Source: Pirellulales bacterium (GTDB lineage Bacteria; Planctomycetota; Planctomycetia; Pirellulales; PALSA-1355). Taken from it: a DNA stretch of 64,000 bases. A program made the translations under genes and the position numbers. The notes under the pieces were generated by a model. The model was not told where the DNA came from. It made no database searches and saw nothing but the letters and a program-made list of their open reading frames with translations. Numbering within the stretch: the stretch's first letter is position 1; each line of letters opens with the position of its first letter. The stretch is from contig CAVTBU010000007.1 of NCBI GenBank assembly GCA_963733035.1, positions 160,001 through 224,000 on the forward strand, read 5' to 3'. Shown one piece after another: positions 36,913 to 47,471 of the stretch.

Positions 36913-38715
36913 CTACTCTTCGCCGCCGGCCGTCCGAGCCTTGGCGACGTCGAATTCCGAGATTGCCGGCACGAGCATGGCGGTTGTGGCGAAACCGTAG
37001 GTGAAGACCGTCACCAGGAACACGCTCAACGTGTATTGCAGGAGAAAGCTCGTGATCGCCCAAAACGTGGCAATGGGGGCAAGCACCGATGCAATGCCGA
37101 TGGCCAGTGACGGGTTCCGCGAACCCAGTGCCGCGTAGAGCCCCACGCCGCCACCGAGCATGAACGCCAGGAACGGTTGAATTTGCACGTGGAACGATCC
37201 GCTGAAGGCGATCATCATCCGCATGCACGTGGCAATCCCCACGAACAGGAAAAAAACTGTGCCCAGGCTCACGCCAATGGCCACGCGCGAATTTCCATAA
37301 CTCATACCCGAGTGGACGCCCAGCATGGCCACGAAGGCATCCATCACAAGCAGTCCCACCAGCAGATAAACGAGGTTTTCGGTGCCAAGCGCGCCGGCGG
37401 TCCAAAGATAGATGCAGAGCGCAGGCGGCAGCAAAACCATTTCCTTGGTGTTGTAGAACACACCCCCAAGTTTGCCGAACACAAATTCCCGCGCCGACAA
37501 GTCCGTCACTAGCAGAAGGTCGAGCGCCCGGATGTCGCGTTCGGTCGTCACGGCTGTCACGGCCTGTGCGTTAATCAGCACCAGGCTGAGTACAAACAAG
37601 GGGACGAGCAGTAGGACGGCATTGATCGTGGTCAGGCCTTCTTCGCTGCGCATCGACAAATGCAAGGCGGCGGCTGCCAGTCCGATCAACGCCATGTAGC
37701 CCAGTCGTATTACGAGTACTTTGCGCCCGTAGGCCCAGGTTGTCATCTCTCGCCAGATGATCGGATTGTCCCAGACTTGGCGCGTTTTGCCTCCGGCTGA
37801 GTGCACATTGCGGGCGGTAAGTTTTCTGGCGGCCGCCGCGGATTCCTCGGTCAGCCCCCAAATGCTTTCCGGCTCTTCGGCTTCGGCCAAACGAGGGCGT
37901 ATTTCGCGCGACGGGTTCCAGACGCGCACCATCGCAACGGCGATCCCATTGAGCGCGAGCGTGACTACTCCGGCCAACAGCAAAAATCCGTTGATCGCAT
38001 TGCCGACATAGGGCAGGGTGTTCTGCTCGGCGACCAGCGGCCTCGTGGCCAACAGAATCGCTTGCCAGGGGCTGATCACGGCTCCCCAAACTTCGGTCGA
38101 GATGCCGCACCACGAATCGCCGAGCACGGCGCGGACGACCACCTCTCCCAAGGCCAGCCAAAACACTAGCGTCAGCACCGTCAGGGCAAGCGTTTGAAAT
38201 GTCTTCTCGCGCCACAGTGCCAATAGCGAACCGATGCTTCCCGAAACGACGGCCGTCGCCAACGTGACACCGAACACTCGCGCGATCTGCTCGAATGAAA
38301 CGCCTCCGAAGAGGGCCGAGAGCATGAATAGGGGCAACGCGGCCGCCAACAGCACGAGCCCCCCGAGCAAACTGGCTAGCAGCTTCCCCAGCACGAGTTC
38401 GCTGTTGGTGAGGCTCGTCAAGAGCAGCAGCACGAGCGTGCGGCGATCCTTTTCCTGGGTCACGGCACTGGCCGCCAGCAGCGCGGAAAAAAAGATCGTT
38501 AGCGCCATTTGCAGCGGCGCCAGGATTTGAAACAACATAGCGCCGAACCGCGCCATGTCGCCGACATTTCGTACGACTTGGGTACCGGCCAACAGCAACC
38601 AGGCGGTGCACATCAGCACCAGCAGTGCGGCCACGTACGCGGCCCTGGAAACATAAAGTCGGCCGCGACGGGGTGCGGTCACGACCTCGCGCGTAAAGAC
38701 GGGCCCGATGAGCAA
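36913..38715 (-). CDS. ABC-2 type transporter permease with two repeated membrane domains
   Basis: GPVFTRE, VTQEKDRRTLVLLLLT...GKL; NPIIWRE, VTTERDIRALDLLLVT...GKL. Confidence 0.88.
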   Translation of the reverse strand: MLIGPVFTREVVTAPRRGRLYVSRAAYVAALLVLMCTAWLLLAGTQVVRNVGDMARFGAMLFQILAPLQMALTIFFSALLAASAVTQEKDRRTLVLLLLTSLTNSELVLGKLLASLLGGLVLLAAALPLFMLSALFGGVSFEQIARVFGVTLATAVVSGSIGSLLALWREKTFQTLALTVLTLVFWLALGEVVVRAVLGDSWCGISTEVWGAVISPWQAILLATRPLVAEQNTLPYVGNAINGFLLLAGVVTLALNGIAVAMVRVWNPSREIRPRLAEAEEPESIWGLTEESAAAARKLTARNVHSAGGKTRQVWDNPIIWREMTTWAYGRKVLVIRLGYMALIGLAAAALHLSMRSEEGLTTINAVLLLVPLFVLSLVLINAQAVTAVTTERDIRALDLLLVTDLSAREFVFGKLGGVFYNTKEMVLLPPALCIYLWTAGALGTENLVYLLVGLLVMDAFVAMLGVHSGMSYGNSRVAIGVSLGTVFFLFVGIATCMRMMIAFSGSFHVQIQPFLAFMLGGGVGLYAALGSRNPSLAIGIASVLAPIATFWAITSFLLQYTLSVFLVTVFTYGFATTAMLVPAISEFDVAKARTAGGEE

Positions 38716-38884
38716 GTCCGCGGTCCTTAGAGAATTCGACGCTGACGAGGCCGTCCCTCGCCCTCAAACCGTTCATTATAGCCGGCAAACGGGGCAGGGC
38801 CGAGACCTGAAACGTCTCGGCCCTGCCGAAGCGGAAAAGCACGGATGGGAAAATGCTGGTGAGGCATTTTCCAACCGCCGAACG

Positions 38885-39301
38885 TCACGCTGCCTTCTTG
38901 GCTTTGACGTTGGATTTCTTCGCATCGCTCTTGGCTTCGCTAGGGCCATCCGTCGCAGTCTTTTCGCCGCTGCGCCGGGCAGCCGCGTCGGCACGCAGCT
39001 TCTCAACTTCCTGGCGCTGTTTGGCGGTCAGAACTTTTTCGATCGCCCCGTCCCGCTTTTCAATGAGCGTCTTGAGTTGCTGGCGAAGCTTTGTGATCTG
39101 CGGTGTATATTCATCCTGAATCGTGTAGATTTCCTCGCGTTGCTCGTCGGTCACCACCTGTGCATAGTAGTTCGGCAGTCGCTGCCGACGCGCTTTGTCC
39201 GCGGCTTTCTGCGCCGCGGCGCTCGATACGTAGCAGGCGGCCATGGCCAGCGGTGCCAAGGCCAACAGAGTCCAAAGCTTAACGCTTCCTACACGATTCA
39301 T
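38885..39301 (-). CDS. Secreted helical protein, Spy/CpxP-like (LTxxQ)
   Basis: Signal peptide; VTDEQREEI and VLTAKQRQEV; Lys-rich tail. Confidence 0.65.
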   Translation of the reverse strand: MNRVGSVKLWTLLALAPLAMAACYVSSAAAQKAADKARRQRLPNYYAQVVTDEQREEIYTIQDEYTPQITKLRQQLKTLIEKRDGAIEKVLTAKQRQEVEKLRADAAARRSGEKTATDGPSEAKSDAKKSNVKAKKAA

Positions 39302-39523
39302 GATGGTGCTCCTTTCAGTGAGCTCGGTCTAATGGAAATATGTACACCCATACCAATGGGTAAGATAGTACCATGCATAGGGGGCATCCGCAAACCGGCC
39401 CCAAAATTTCCAAAACTCCAGGCGGCGACTTTAGATTTGGTATGAATTGCGGTCCTCCAGCAGACTCGGACTAAACTACCGATACGCGGAACCGTGGCCC
39501 TTGAAATCAACGGGAGTGGAAGA

Positions 39524-40927
39524 ATGGCAAGAATGATTCGGTGGATGATTGGCTTGGGCGGCTCCGTCCTTCTGGTAGCCTGCCAAAATGCCGTGGCCGA
39601 TCCGTTGAGTGCCGCCAACCTGACCGGACCAGCCGTTTCGGCAACCGCGCCCAACTATCAGGACGTGAATCAGGGAGCACAATTGTTTTCCCGGGGCGAC
39701 TTCGCCGGGGCGCTCGCTCGCCTGCAAGCAGCCAAGAAGGCCTCGCCCGAACTTCCGCCGGCCGACGCCATGATGGCCCAACTCCACTTTTCCGCAGGTC
39801 AGAATGCGGCAGGCTATGCGAGTCTGGAAAAAGCCATGCGGGACGCTCCCGACGATCCCGAGCCCTACGTGATGCTCATTGAGCGGGCAGCCGCCGAGGG
39901 CCGCTTGACCGAGGCCGACCTGCTCTATCCAGAAGCTCAAAAAAGACTAAAGGCATTCGCCGAGGACGAGCGACGCAAAAAGAATCTCGAGAGCCGCGTC
40001 TATCTGGTCGGGGCAGCCATCGACGAGTCGCAGCAAAAGTTCGCGCAAGCACAAGCCAAACTGGAAGCCCTGATCAAACTCGATGAGAACAACGCCGCCG
40101 CCCATCAGCGCCTGGGTCGCGTGCTCAACGCCGAAAGTGGCGCGGACTCTCAAAGACGTGCCTTTGCCGAGTTCGAACGCGCGGCGGAACTTGATCCGAA
40201 GGCCCTGCCCGCCGATTTGATGATGGCCATGTTGGCGAAGGAGCCATCCAGGGCGGAGCAGTGGATCAATCGCGCCGTACAGCAAAAACCCAACGACCTT
40301 CGTACGCAGTTGGGTGCCGCTGATTTCTGGCTGAAGCAGGGCAAGCTCGATACGAGTCGCGAGCACGTTGCCGCGGCATTGAAGCTCGACCCGACAGGAT
40401 TTGACGCCAACTTATTGGCGGGGCTGGAGGCAAATCTGTCGGGCGACTACACGCGCGCGATCGAGTACCTGTCGCTCGCGCACCTGTTGCAACCGTCGAA
40501 CCCCGCGGTCGTGAACCAACTCACATTTGCACTGCTGGAGTCGCCGAATGAGGCCGATCGGACGCGAGCGGTGCAGTTCGCGGAAATGAATGCCCGGATG
40601 CAGCCCGACAACATTGAACAACAGGCGGCGCTGGCCTGGGTTTACTTCCGGCAACAACGCATGGCCGATGCCGAACGGGCCTTCAAAGCGGTTTTCAATC
40701 GTCCGGCTGGCGCGCCGCTGAACGTAAGTGGCGACGCAAGCTTCATTCTCGCCACCATTGCCGCGGCGCAAGGGAATACGAAAGACGCGCTGCGGTTGCT
40801 TAAGCCAGTGCTCGACAGCAAACAGCTGTTTGTGTATCGCGCCAGGGCCGAAGAGTTGCAGGCGAAGCTCGCGAAAGACGCTCCGCCCTCGGCCGCAACG
40901 CCAAGCGGCACCGGTACGACGCCGTAA
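39524..40927 (+). CDS. Secreted TPR-repeat protein
   Basis: Signal peptide and many TPR helix pairs. Confidence 0.85.
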   Translation: MARMIRWMIGLGGSVLLVACQNAVADPLSAANLTGPAVSATAPNYQDVNQGAQLFSRGDFAGALARLQAAKKASPELPPADAMMAQLHFSAGQNAAGYASLEKAMRDAPDDPEPYVMLIERAAAEGRLTEADLLYPEAQKRLKAFAEDERRKKNLESRVYLVGAAIDESQQKFAQAQAKLEALIKLDENNAAAHQRLGRVLNAESGADSQRRAFAEFERAAELDPKALPADLMMAMLAKEPSRAEQWINRAVQQKPNDLRTQLGAADFWLKQGKLDTSREHVAAALKLDPTGFDANLLAGLEANLSGDYTRAIEYLSLAHLLQPSNPAVVNQLTFALLESPNEADRTRAVQFAEMNARMQPDNIEQQAALAWVYFRQQRMADAERAFKAVFNRPAGAPLNVSGDASFILATIAAAQGNTKDALRLLKPVLDSKQLFVYRARAEELQAKLAKDAPPSAATPSGTGTTP

Positions 40928-40934
40928 GAGGCGC

Positions 40935-40980
40935 AAAAAAAGGTCATGGCAAGTCGATCCGTCGTCTTGCCATGACCTTT
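40935..40980. terminator. Bidirectional terminator
   Basis: AAAGGTCATGGCAAG-N12-CTTGCCATGACCTTT with an A-run on the left. Confidence 0.8.
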
Positions 40981-41121
40981 ATCCTGAAGCGGGGCGTGTC
41001 GCGCGTGCCCCGCCCTCCCGACGGGCTTCTACGGATTCTATCGACCGCCGCTCGAGGTCCTCTTGAATCGGTTTTTTGGCGCGTGCTAGCTACCGAGACT
41101 CTGCCGGCTGTTGTCGACGAT

Positions 41122-41154
41122 AAAAACAAAGGGCGGACCTTGCGGCCCGCCCTT
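41122..41154 (-). terminator. Terminator downstream of the Cys-rich gene
   Basis: AAGGGCGG...CCGCCCTT hairpin with a minus-strand T-rich tail. Confidence 0.6.
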
Positions 41155-41252
41155 GCGTTGGCTTGGCAATCGCCCCGTCTTGTCGCCTCTCCCGAAGGAC
41201 TCCAAGACGTGTCGCCCTACCACCTTCCGTTCTGTCGTCGTTGCACAGGAAC

Positions 41253-41633
41253 TTACTTGCAGTTGCAATCGGGACAACTTGTGTTGCTCACCGCTGCACA
41301 GCAATTCTTGCGGCCGCAGCCGTGATGATCCGACCAGTGGCTGTACCAGCCGACCTGCTTCCAATCGATGCAGGGCCCGCGCCAACAGGGGTCGCAGGGG
41401 GGTGGCGCCACGCCATAACAGTTCTGGCAGCCGCCGTATCCGACTTCGATCACGCCGCCGACTTGGCGTGCGTCGCCAAACCGCATGCCTGGCGGAGAGT
41501 TGCCCCCGTAGGGGTCGGCTTCAACATACAGCGCGCCGCTCCCTTGGTTGTACACCGGATATTCATCGGCCGCGTAACTTACCGCGGCCAGGCACAACAC
41601 AAGGCCACAGACGGCAAGTATCCATTTGCTCAT
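41253..41633 (-). CDS. Secreted Cys-rich small protein
   Basis: AGGAG RBS, signal peptide, 11 Cys in the C-terminal half (CxxC, CC, CxxCxC). Confidence 0.75.
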   Translation of the reverse strand: MSKWILAVCGLVLCLAAVSYAADEYPVYNQGSGALYVEADPYGGNSPPGMRFGDARQVGGVIEVGYGGCQNCYGVAPPPCDPCWRGPCIDWKQVGWYSHWSDHHGCGRKNCCAAVSNTSCPDCNCK

Positions 41634-41875
41634 CGTGCGCTCCTAAAAAAACTCGTTGCTAGGGTGACTCCAAGGTGAAACATTCCCTACGCCGGTCGGA
41701 GTGCAAATCGCGGCACCGCGGAATCGGTTCGCGAGGGCCGTTTTTCGCGGCGATTCGCGGCGTCTATCCCGTCGCGGACCAACGGCTTAGCATCTAAAAT
41801 GGATGGCCGCCAAGGGGAGAACATTTTTTTCGCGGCCGGCATGCCGGGAGATTGAGGATCGTAAGGCCCGTAACG

Positions 41876-42799
41876 ATGAGTCAAAAGGCAAGCACTCTCG
41901 TCGTGACTTTCACGCCCACGATTGACATGCTCGCGTTGTTGGCGTGCGCTGTCACATTCGGTTTCGTGTTTCGATGGCGCAGGGGCAACATCAGCGGCAC
42001 CACGCTGGTGGGTCCTTGGATCTGGGCGTCGGCCTCGTTCGCTTCGCTCGTGGCCGTCGAACTAGGGATCGCGTTCGTCGGCGAGCCCGTACCTGACTGG
42101 GCCCCCGGTTTGCGGTATGCGGCGGCTATGAGCACGTTTTGCCCGATCGTGGCCTTGCTCGGGGCCAAGCGGCCGCAGGACCGTGGGTGGCAGTGGATTG
42201 TGCTGACGCTGTGGGCGATTCTTTGCCAACCGGCCGGCGAATGGATACTGTTTGGCGGTGTGGCCGAAATTCACGCAGCGCGATTTTGGTTTCTGGCGAT
42301 TCTGATGCTTGTCGGAGCTACCAACGGACTGGGCACGCGCGTTTGGCTTGCGAGTCTTCTTTACGGGGGCGCACAAATTATCTTGCTGGTGCCGTACCTC
42401 GCATCCGAAACGCCGTTCGATGGCGGTGAGGCCGCGGTTTTGGGAATCATTGGAATTGTGACTAGTTGGGCTCTCGTAGCCGCGGATGTGCTGCCAGGTC
42501 GCACGGCAAAACTCCCTTTGGACCGGGTTTGGCTCGACTTTCGCGACGCATTTGGCGTGGTATGGGCACTTCGCATTCTCGAGCGGATGAACGCGTCGGC
42601 GAACAGGTACGATTGGCCGGTCTCGCTGACCTGGCAGGGTTTCTGTCCGCGCGAATCGGCAACCTTCGAGGAGTCGCCGGCCGCGGTCGAGGAGAGCTTT
42701 CGCACACTGTTGCGGCGATTCGTTTCGCCTGAATGGGTTGACCTGCGAATCGGCTCAAGCCAACCAGAAGCGGCGCGAAATGCATCGCCGGTGTCGTGA
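41876..42799 (+). CDS. Polytopic membrane protein of unknown function
   Basis: About 8 hydrophobic segments; LGAKRP; WLDFRDAFGVVWALR C-terminal domain. Confidence 0.75.
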   Translation: MSQKASTLVVTFTPTIDMLALLACAVTFGFVFRWRRGNISGTTLVGPWIWASASFASLVAVELGIAFVGEPVPDWAPGLRYAAAMSTFCPIVALLGAKRPQDRGWQWIVLTLWAILCQPAGEWILFGGVAEIHAARFWFLAILMLVGATNGLGTRVWLASLLYGGAQIILLVPYLASETPFDGGEAAVLGIIGIVTSWALVAADVLPGRTAKLPLDRVWLDFRDAFGVVWALRILERMNASANRYDWPVSLTWQGFCPRESATFEESPAAVEESFRTLLRRFVSPEWVDLRIGSSQPEAARNASPVS

Positions 42800-42835
42800 G
42801 GTAACCGCAAGCCAGCGGGCAAACGCCGCCAAAAA

Positions 42836-43666
42836 CTACAACTTCAGCTCGGTAAACTCACGCACTCGACTTTCAATCGCCGGCTCAACCGGGAGTCGCT
42901 CCATCGAACTGGCGCCGTAGAACCCCACGATTCCTTCCGTGTGATCGAGGACGAATTGGGCGTCGGCCGGTTCAGCAATCGGCCCGCCGTGGCAGAGCAC
43001 GAGGATGGCGCGGTTGATGCGCTTGGCGGCGTCATGCATGTCTTGCACCAAACGTGCGGCGTCTTCCAATGAGAGTGCCGTGGTCGCGCCGATCGTACCT
43101 TTGGTGGTGAGGCCCATGTGCGGAATCAGGATATCGGCGCCGGCCTGGGCCATCGCTTCGGCCTCGTCGATGTTGAACGCGTAGGGGGTCGTGAGCAGGT
43201 CCATCTCGTGAGCCAGGCGGATCATGTCGACTTCGAGTCCAAAACCCATGCCGGTCTCTTCCAGACCCTGGCGGAACTGTCCGTCGATGAGTCCGACGGT
43301 CGGAAAATTTTGCACGCCCGAGAAGCCCGCCGCCGCCGCGTCGCGCAAGAACAGCTTCATCACGCGAAACGGGTCGGTGCCACAGACACCGGCCAACACC
43401 GGAGTCCGATCGACGACCGGAATCACTTCCCGTGCCATGTCCATCACAATCGCGTTGGCATCTCCGTAGGGCATCATGCCCGAAAGTGAACCGCGCCCGC
43501 CCATGCGAAAGCGTCCGGAGTTGTAGATGACCAACAGGTCGATGCCGCCGGCTTCCGACATCTTGGCCGAGAGCCCTGTGCCGGCGCCGCCTCCGATGAT
43601 GGGCCGACCCGCCGCAACCTTGGCGCGCAGACGAGCCAGAATTTCTTCACGTTTGAACAGGGACAT
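42836..43666 (-). CDS. Phosphoenolpyruvate hydrolase family / TIM-barrel signal transduction protein (Tm-1 C-terminal-like)
   Basis: [55 protein letters not shown]. Confidence 0.92.
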   Translation of the reverse strand: MSLFKREEILARLRAKVAAGRPIIGGGAGTGLSAKMSEAGGIDLLVIYNSGRFRMGGRGSLSGMMPYGDANAIVMDMAREVIPVVDRTPVLAGVCGTDPFRVMKLFLRDAAAAGFSGVQNFPTVGLIDGQFRQGLEETGMGFGLEVDMIRLAHEMDLLTTPYAFNIDEAEAMAQAGADILIPHMGLTTKGTIGATTALSLEDAARLVQDMHDAAKRINRAILVLCHGGPIAEPADAQFVLDHTEGIVGFYGASSMERLPVEPAIESRVREFTELKL

Positions 43667-43718
43667 CGGTTCGACCGCCGTCGAAAAATGGTGGAATAAA
43701 CTCGATCGACAAGGTAGC

Positions 43719-44516
43719 TCAATACTTCACAAGCTCTTTGCGGTCGCCTCCCTGACCGAGGGCTTGGAGCGTTTCGGTGGCCTTGGCGGTCATCATCCGC
43801 AGTTCGCTTCCTACGGCGATGAACTGCATTCCTTGCTCGGCCCGCTGCAGGGCCGTCTGGGGATCCATGACGTGCATGCCGGTCGGCGTGCCGACTTTCT
43901 TGCCGACCTCGATCACGCGCTGCAGCATTGCTTCGAACTCCTCGTCGGTCGCCTCGCTGCCATCGGGTTTTCTCATCTGCGCCCGCAGATCGACCGGTCC
44001 GACGAAAATGGCGTCGACGCCAGGCAAGCTGTAAATCTCCTCCGCGTTCGCCACGCCAGTTGGGCTTTCGGTTTGCAACACGACTAGAATCTCGTCGTTG
44101 GCCCGCTTGAAATATTCGGCGCCCGTGGCGTCGAAATTCAAGGAGTGCATGCCGCCGCCAAGGCTGCGATTGCCGACGGGGGGATACTTGGCTGCCCGAA
44201 TTGCGATTTGTGCTTGCTCAACCGTGTCGACCATCGGCACGACGATTCCCCAGGCGCCGGCATCGAGCACGCGCTTGATGTAGTCGTGGTTTCCCTTGGG
44301 TACCCGCGCTAACGGCACGCCGCCGGCGTCGGCGATCGAGGCGAAGATCATCGCGGCCTGCGACCAGTCGATTGCCGAATGCTCGATGTCGAGTGTCATC
44401 CAGGCGAAGTTCAGCCGGGCGAGAATCCGCGTGGCGAACAAATCACCTAGCGACAACCAGGTGCCAAACGACGGTTTGCCCTCGCGCAGCGTGCGCTTCA
44501 CGGGATTGGTTTTCAT
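43719..44516 (-). CDS. HpcH/HpaI aldolase family protein
   Basis: [33 protein letters not shown]. Confidence 0.92.
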   Translation of the reverse strand: MKTNPVKRTLREGKPSFGTWLSLGDLFATRILARLNFAWMTLDIEHSAIDWSQAAMIFASIADAGGVPLARVPKGNHDYIKRVLDAGAWGIVVPMVDTVEQAQIAIRAAKYPPVGNRSLGGGMHSLNFDATGAEYFKRANDEILVVLQTESPTGVANAEEIYSLPGVDAIFVGPVDLRAQMRKPDGSEATDEEFEAMLQRVIEVGKKVGTPTGMHVMDPQTALQRAEQGMQFIAVGSELRMMTAKATETLQALGQGGDRKELVKY

Positions 44517-44790
44517 ACGAGTTGGTTCCTCGATCGAGTGGGGGAGCGGGGCCACCTAGCCCAGCAGTGTTCCAGACCATCCGCTTGCTCGCAAGTCCCC
44601 TGGCGGTGGATGTGAGGTGGACGAAAACCAGACCGTTCTGCTCCGACGACTCCGTAAAATCGGAACGGTTCCTGGCCGTTCTGGCCGCGGCAAGCGGCTT
44701 CGGCGTTGCCGCTCGGGCGGCAATTGACGAAAATCAATCATAGGGTTGAACGATCGTGCCACTGCCGCATTCACCTGAGTTCCGCGATTA

Positions 44791-46212
44791 ATGGACATTC
44801 CCACCAGCCATCGAGTTATGGTCCATTTGGGGCTCGCGCTGTCGATGTTGGTCGCCGCGGGCTGTAGTCGGGCAGGTGGCGCGACCGATTCTCAGTCGCG
44901 CGCTCGTGCGATCCGTTCGGCCGCAGAAACGCCGGAGGGTACCGCGTTGTCCAACGATCCGGCCAGCCGACTGGAGCGATTTCGCACCGCAGGTCAATTC
45001 GAAGAACTCATCGAGGCGTCGCTGGACGCGGTTAACAAAAACCCCGACAACCTCGTGTTGCAGATTCTTCGTATCGACGCGCTCTTGGCGGCCGGGCGAA
45101 ACAACGAGGCCGAGCATGCGGCCACCGGCGCCGCGTTATTGGCTACCGAGCAGGCAGCGCCGGCCTTTGCCGCCCAGGCCATCCAGCTATGGACAATTGC
45201 CCGGCTTCGACAGGCAGCGCCACTCGATTCATCTAAATTGGCCTCTGTCGTCCGGCGGCAACCAGGTGACGAACCAACTGCCCGGATGCTCTGCTTTTGG
45301 CAGCAGGCGCTGGCCGGACGGAGCCCCTACCGGTTTGCGGAACCGGCCTCGCCGATCGCCGAACTACCGCTCGCATCGGCGGCAGCTCAATCACTGCCGT
45401 ACGAGTTAGCGGCCGTGCAAGCCACGGTTAACGGCAATATGCTGCCCCTGGTGTTCATCGACACTGGCGGTCAACACACGCTGATGACCACCGCGGCGGC
45501 TCGTGCATCCGGCGTCCGGCTTGGCGACACGTCAACGCAGCTCACGGGCTTTGTCGGACTATCGGCCCAGCCGGGACTGATTCAAACGCTAGAACTGGGG
45601 TCGCTCGTTCTGCACGACGTTCCCGTGTTGGTGGGAGACTCGCCACCGCTGGTGGCGGCCCGGGGGCAGATGTCGTTGGGCACCGATCTCATGCATCACG
45701 TTCGGTTTACAATCGACTATCCGTCTCGACGAGTGGTTGCTCAATCGGCCAATACGCCGCGCGACGACGATTCGCCGGCCGTGTGGTCGATTCCCATTTG
45801 GACTTTTTCGCAGGTTTGCCTGGCCCGCGGACTGATGCGCAACGGCAGGGCCGCCCGCTTGCTCGTCGATACGGGCGATCGGGCCGGCGCATATATTTCC
45901 TATCGCTGGGGGCGGCGCAATCTGCCGCAACTTGAGGGTCCAAGCGCGTCGATGGTATTTCGTTACAAGAAGCGAAACCTGGTGATCGATTCGCTCGAAT
46001 TGGGCACCGGATCGCTAACCAATTGGCCGGTCGTCGATACAATTCCCCCGGAACTCGATCGACTAAACCTGGTCGACATCATGCTGGGGCGCGATTTGCT
46101 CGCGCCCTACCAATTGACGGTCGACCTGCCCGGCCGCGAGCTAGCGTTGCGCCCCGGCGCGGCGGCGTCCACGGCGACTCAAGACGAAGGAGAGAGGCGT
46201 GACCTACCATAG
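44791..46212 (+). CDS. Lipoprotein with a helical N-terminus and two retropepsin-like aspartyl protease domains
   Basis: Lipobox AAGC; FIDTGG...SLGTD and LVDTGD...MLGRD. Confidence 0.8.
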   Translation: MDIPTSHRVMVHLGLALSMLVAAGCSRAGGATDSQSRARAIRSAAETPEGTALSNDPASRLERFRTAGQFEELIEASLDAVNKNPDNLVLQILRIDALLAAGRNNEAEHAATGAALLATEQAAPAFAAQAIQLWTIARLRQAAPLDSSKLASVVRRQPGDEPTARMLCFWQQALAGRSPYRFAEPASPIAELPLASAAAQSLPYELAAVQATVNGNMLPLVFIDTGGQHTLMTTAAARASGVRLGDTSTQLTGFVGLSAQPGLIQTLELGSLVLHDVPVLVGDSPPLVAARGQMSLGTDLMHHVRFTIDYPSRRVVAQSANTPRDDDSPAVWSIPIWTFSQVCLARGLMRNGRAARLLVDTGDRAGAYISYRWGRRNLPQLEGPSASMVFRYKKRNLVIDSLELGTGSLTNWPVVDTIPPELDRLNLVDIMLGRDLLAPYQLTVDLPGRELALRPGAAASTATQDEGERRDLP

Positions 46213-47455
46213 CATTTCTCGCGCGCCACAGTCCTTCGCCCTCGCCGGTCTGTTGCAAGTTGTTTGTCTGGTTCTTTGCGGCACGGCGGCGGCGAACGAC
46301 TTTGAGTTGCAGCGCAATCGCATGGTCGACGAGGAGATTGTCGCGGCCGGCATAAAAGATCCCCGTGTCATCGCATCGATGCGCACGACCCCGCGGCACG
46401 AATTTGTGACGGCCAACTTGCGCCCGCAAGCCTACTACGACATGGCGATGGCCATTGGGCATGGCCAAACGATTTCGCCACCGTTCGTCGTGGCCTACAT
46501 GACCGAACAGCTCCAACCCAAACCGACGGACAAGGTGCTCGAAATCGGTACCGGCAGCGGCTATCAGGCGGCCGTGCTCAGCCCGTTGGTCAAAGACGTC
46601 TATACGATCGAAATCGTCAAGCCGCTCGGCGAGCGTGCGGCACGCACCCTCAAGCGTCTCGACTACGAGAACGTGCACCCCAAAGTCGGCGACGGTTTCC
46701 AGGGATGGCCGGAGCATGCGCCGTTCGACAAGATCATCGTCACCTGCTCACCAGAGAAAGTGCCGCAGCCCCTGGTCGACCAGTTGCGCGAAGGCGGGCG
46801 TATCATTGTTCCGGTTGGCGAGCGCTATCAGCAAATGCTGTATCTGTTCGAAAAGAAGAATGGCAAGCTGGAAAAGCTGGCCTCGCTGCCAACGCTTTTC
46901 GTGCCCATGACCGGTGCGGCGGAACAGGGACGCATTGTGCGGCCCGACCCGCAACACCCGCAGATTGCCAACGGCGGCTTTGAAGAGGTCCTGCAGCAGT
47001 CAGACGACGACTCGGCTCCCAAGACGAAACCGGCCGGCTGGCACTACCAGCGTCAGATGCAGCTGAAAAGTGATGCCACGTCGCCCGAGGGCAAGCACTA
47101 TGTTACGTTCCGCAATCAGGAGCTCGGGCGTGGAGCGCAGGCCCTGCAGGGTTTTGCGGTCGATGGACGCGAGGTACGAGGGATTGAGGTTTCTGCCTGG
47201 GTCAAAGGCGACAGCCTTCGGCCAGGTGCGCTTCCCTACCAACAGCCCACGCTGGGCGTCACGTTTTATGACGAAAATCGCTCGGAAATTGCCAATCGCT
47301 ACATGCGTCCGTGGCAAGGCACCTTCGACTGGCGGCGTGATACCGATGTATTTCGCGTTCCGGCCAGGGCTCGTGAAGCCATTATTCGAATCGGGCTGTT
47401 TGGTGGCACGGGCGAACTATCGCTCGACAGTGTGCACGTTGAAGCGGTGAAGTGA
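46199..47455 (+). CDS. pcm: Protein-L-isoaspartate O-methyltransferase with an N-terminal signal peptide and a C-terminal CBM-like jelly-roll domain
   Basis: GQTISPP, VLEIGTGSGYQAA, GDGFQGWPEHAPFDKIIVT, FVPM; NGGFE...LDSVHV C-terminal domain. Confidence 0.92.
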   Translation: MTYHSISRAPQSFALAGLLQVVCLVLCGTAAANDFELQRNRMVDEEIVAAGIKDPRVIASMRTTPRHEFVTANLRPQAYYDMAMAIGHGQTISPPFVVAYMTEQLQPKPTDKVLEIGTGSGYQAAVLSPLVKDVYTIEIVKPLGERAARTLKRLDYENVHPKVGDGFQGWPEHAPFDKIIVTCSPEKVPQPLVDQLREGGRIIVPVGERYQQMLYLFEKKNGKLEKLASLPTLFVPMTGAAEQGRIVRPDPQHPQIANGGFEEVLQQSDDDSAPKTKPAGWHYQRQMQLKSDATSPEGKHYVTFRNQELGRGAQALQGFAVDGREVRGIEVSAWVKGDSLRPGALPYQQPTLGVTFYDENRSEIANRYMRPWQGTFDWRRDTDVFRVPARAREAIIRIGLFGGTGELSLDSVHVEAVK

Positions 47456-47471
47456 CAGACGCCGCGCGAGT

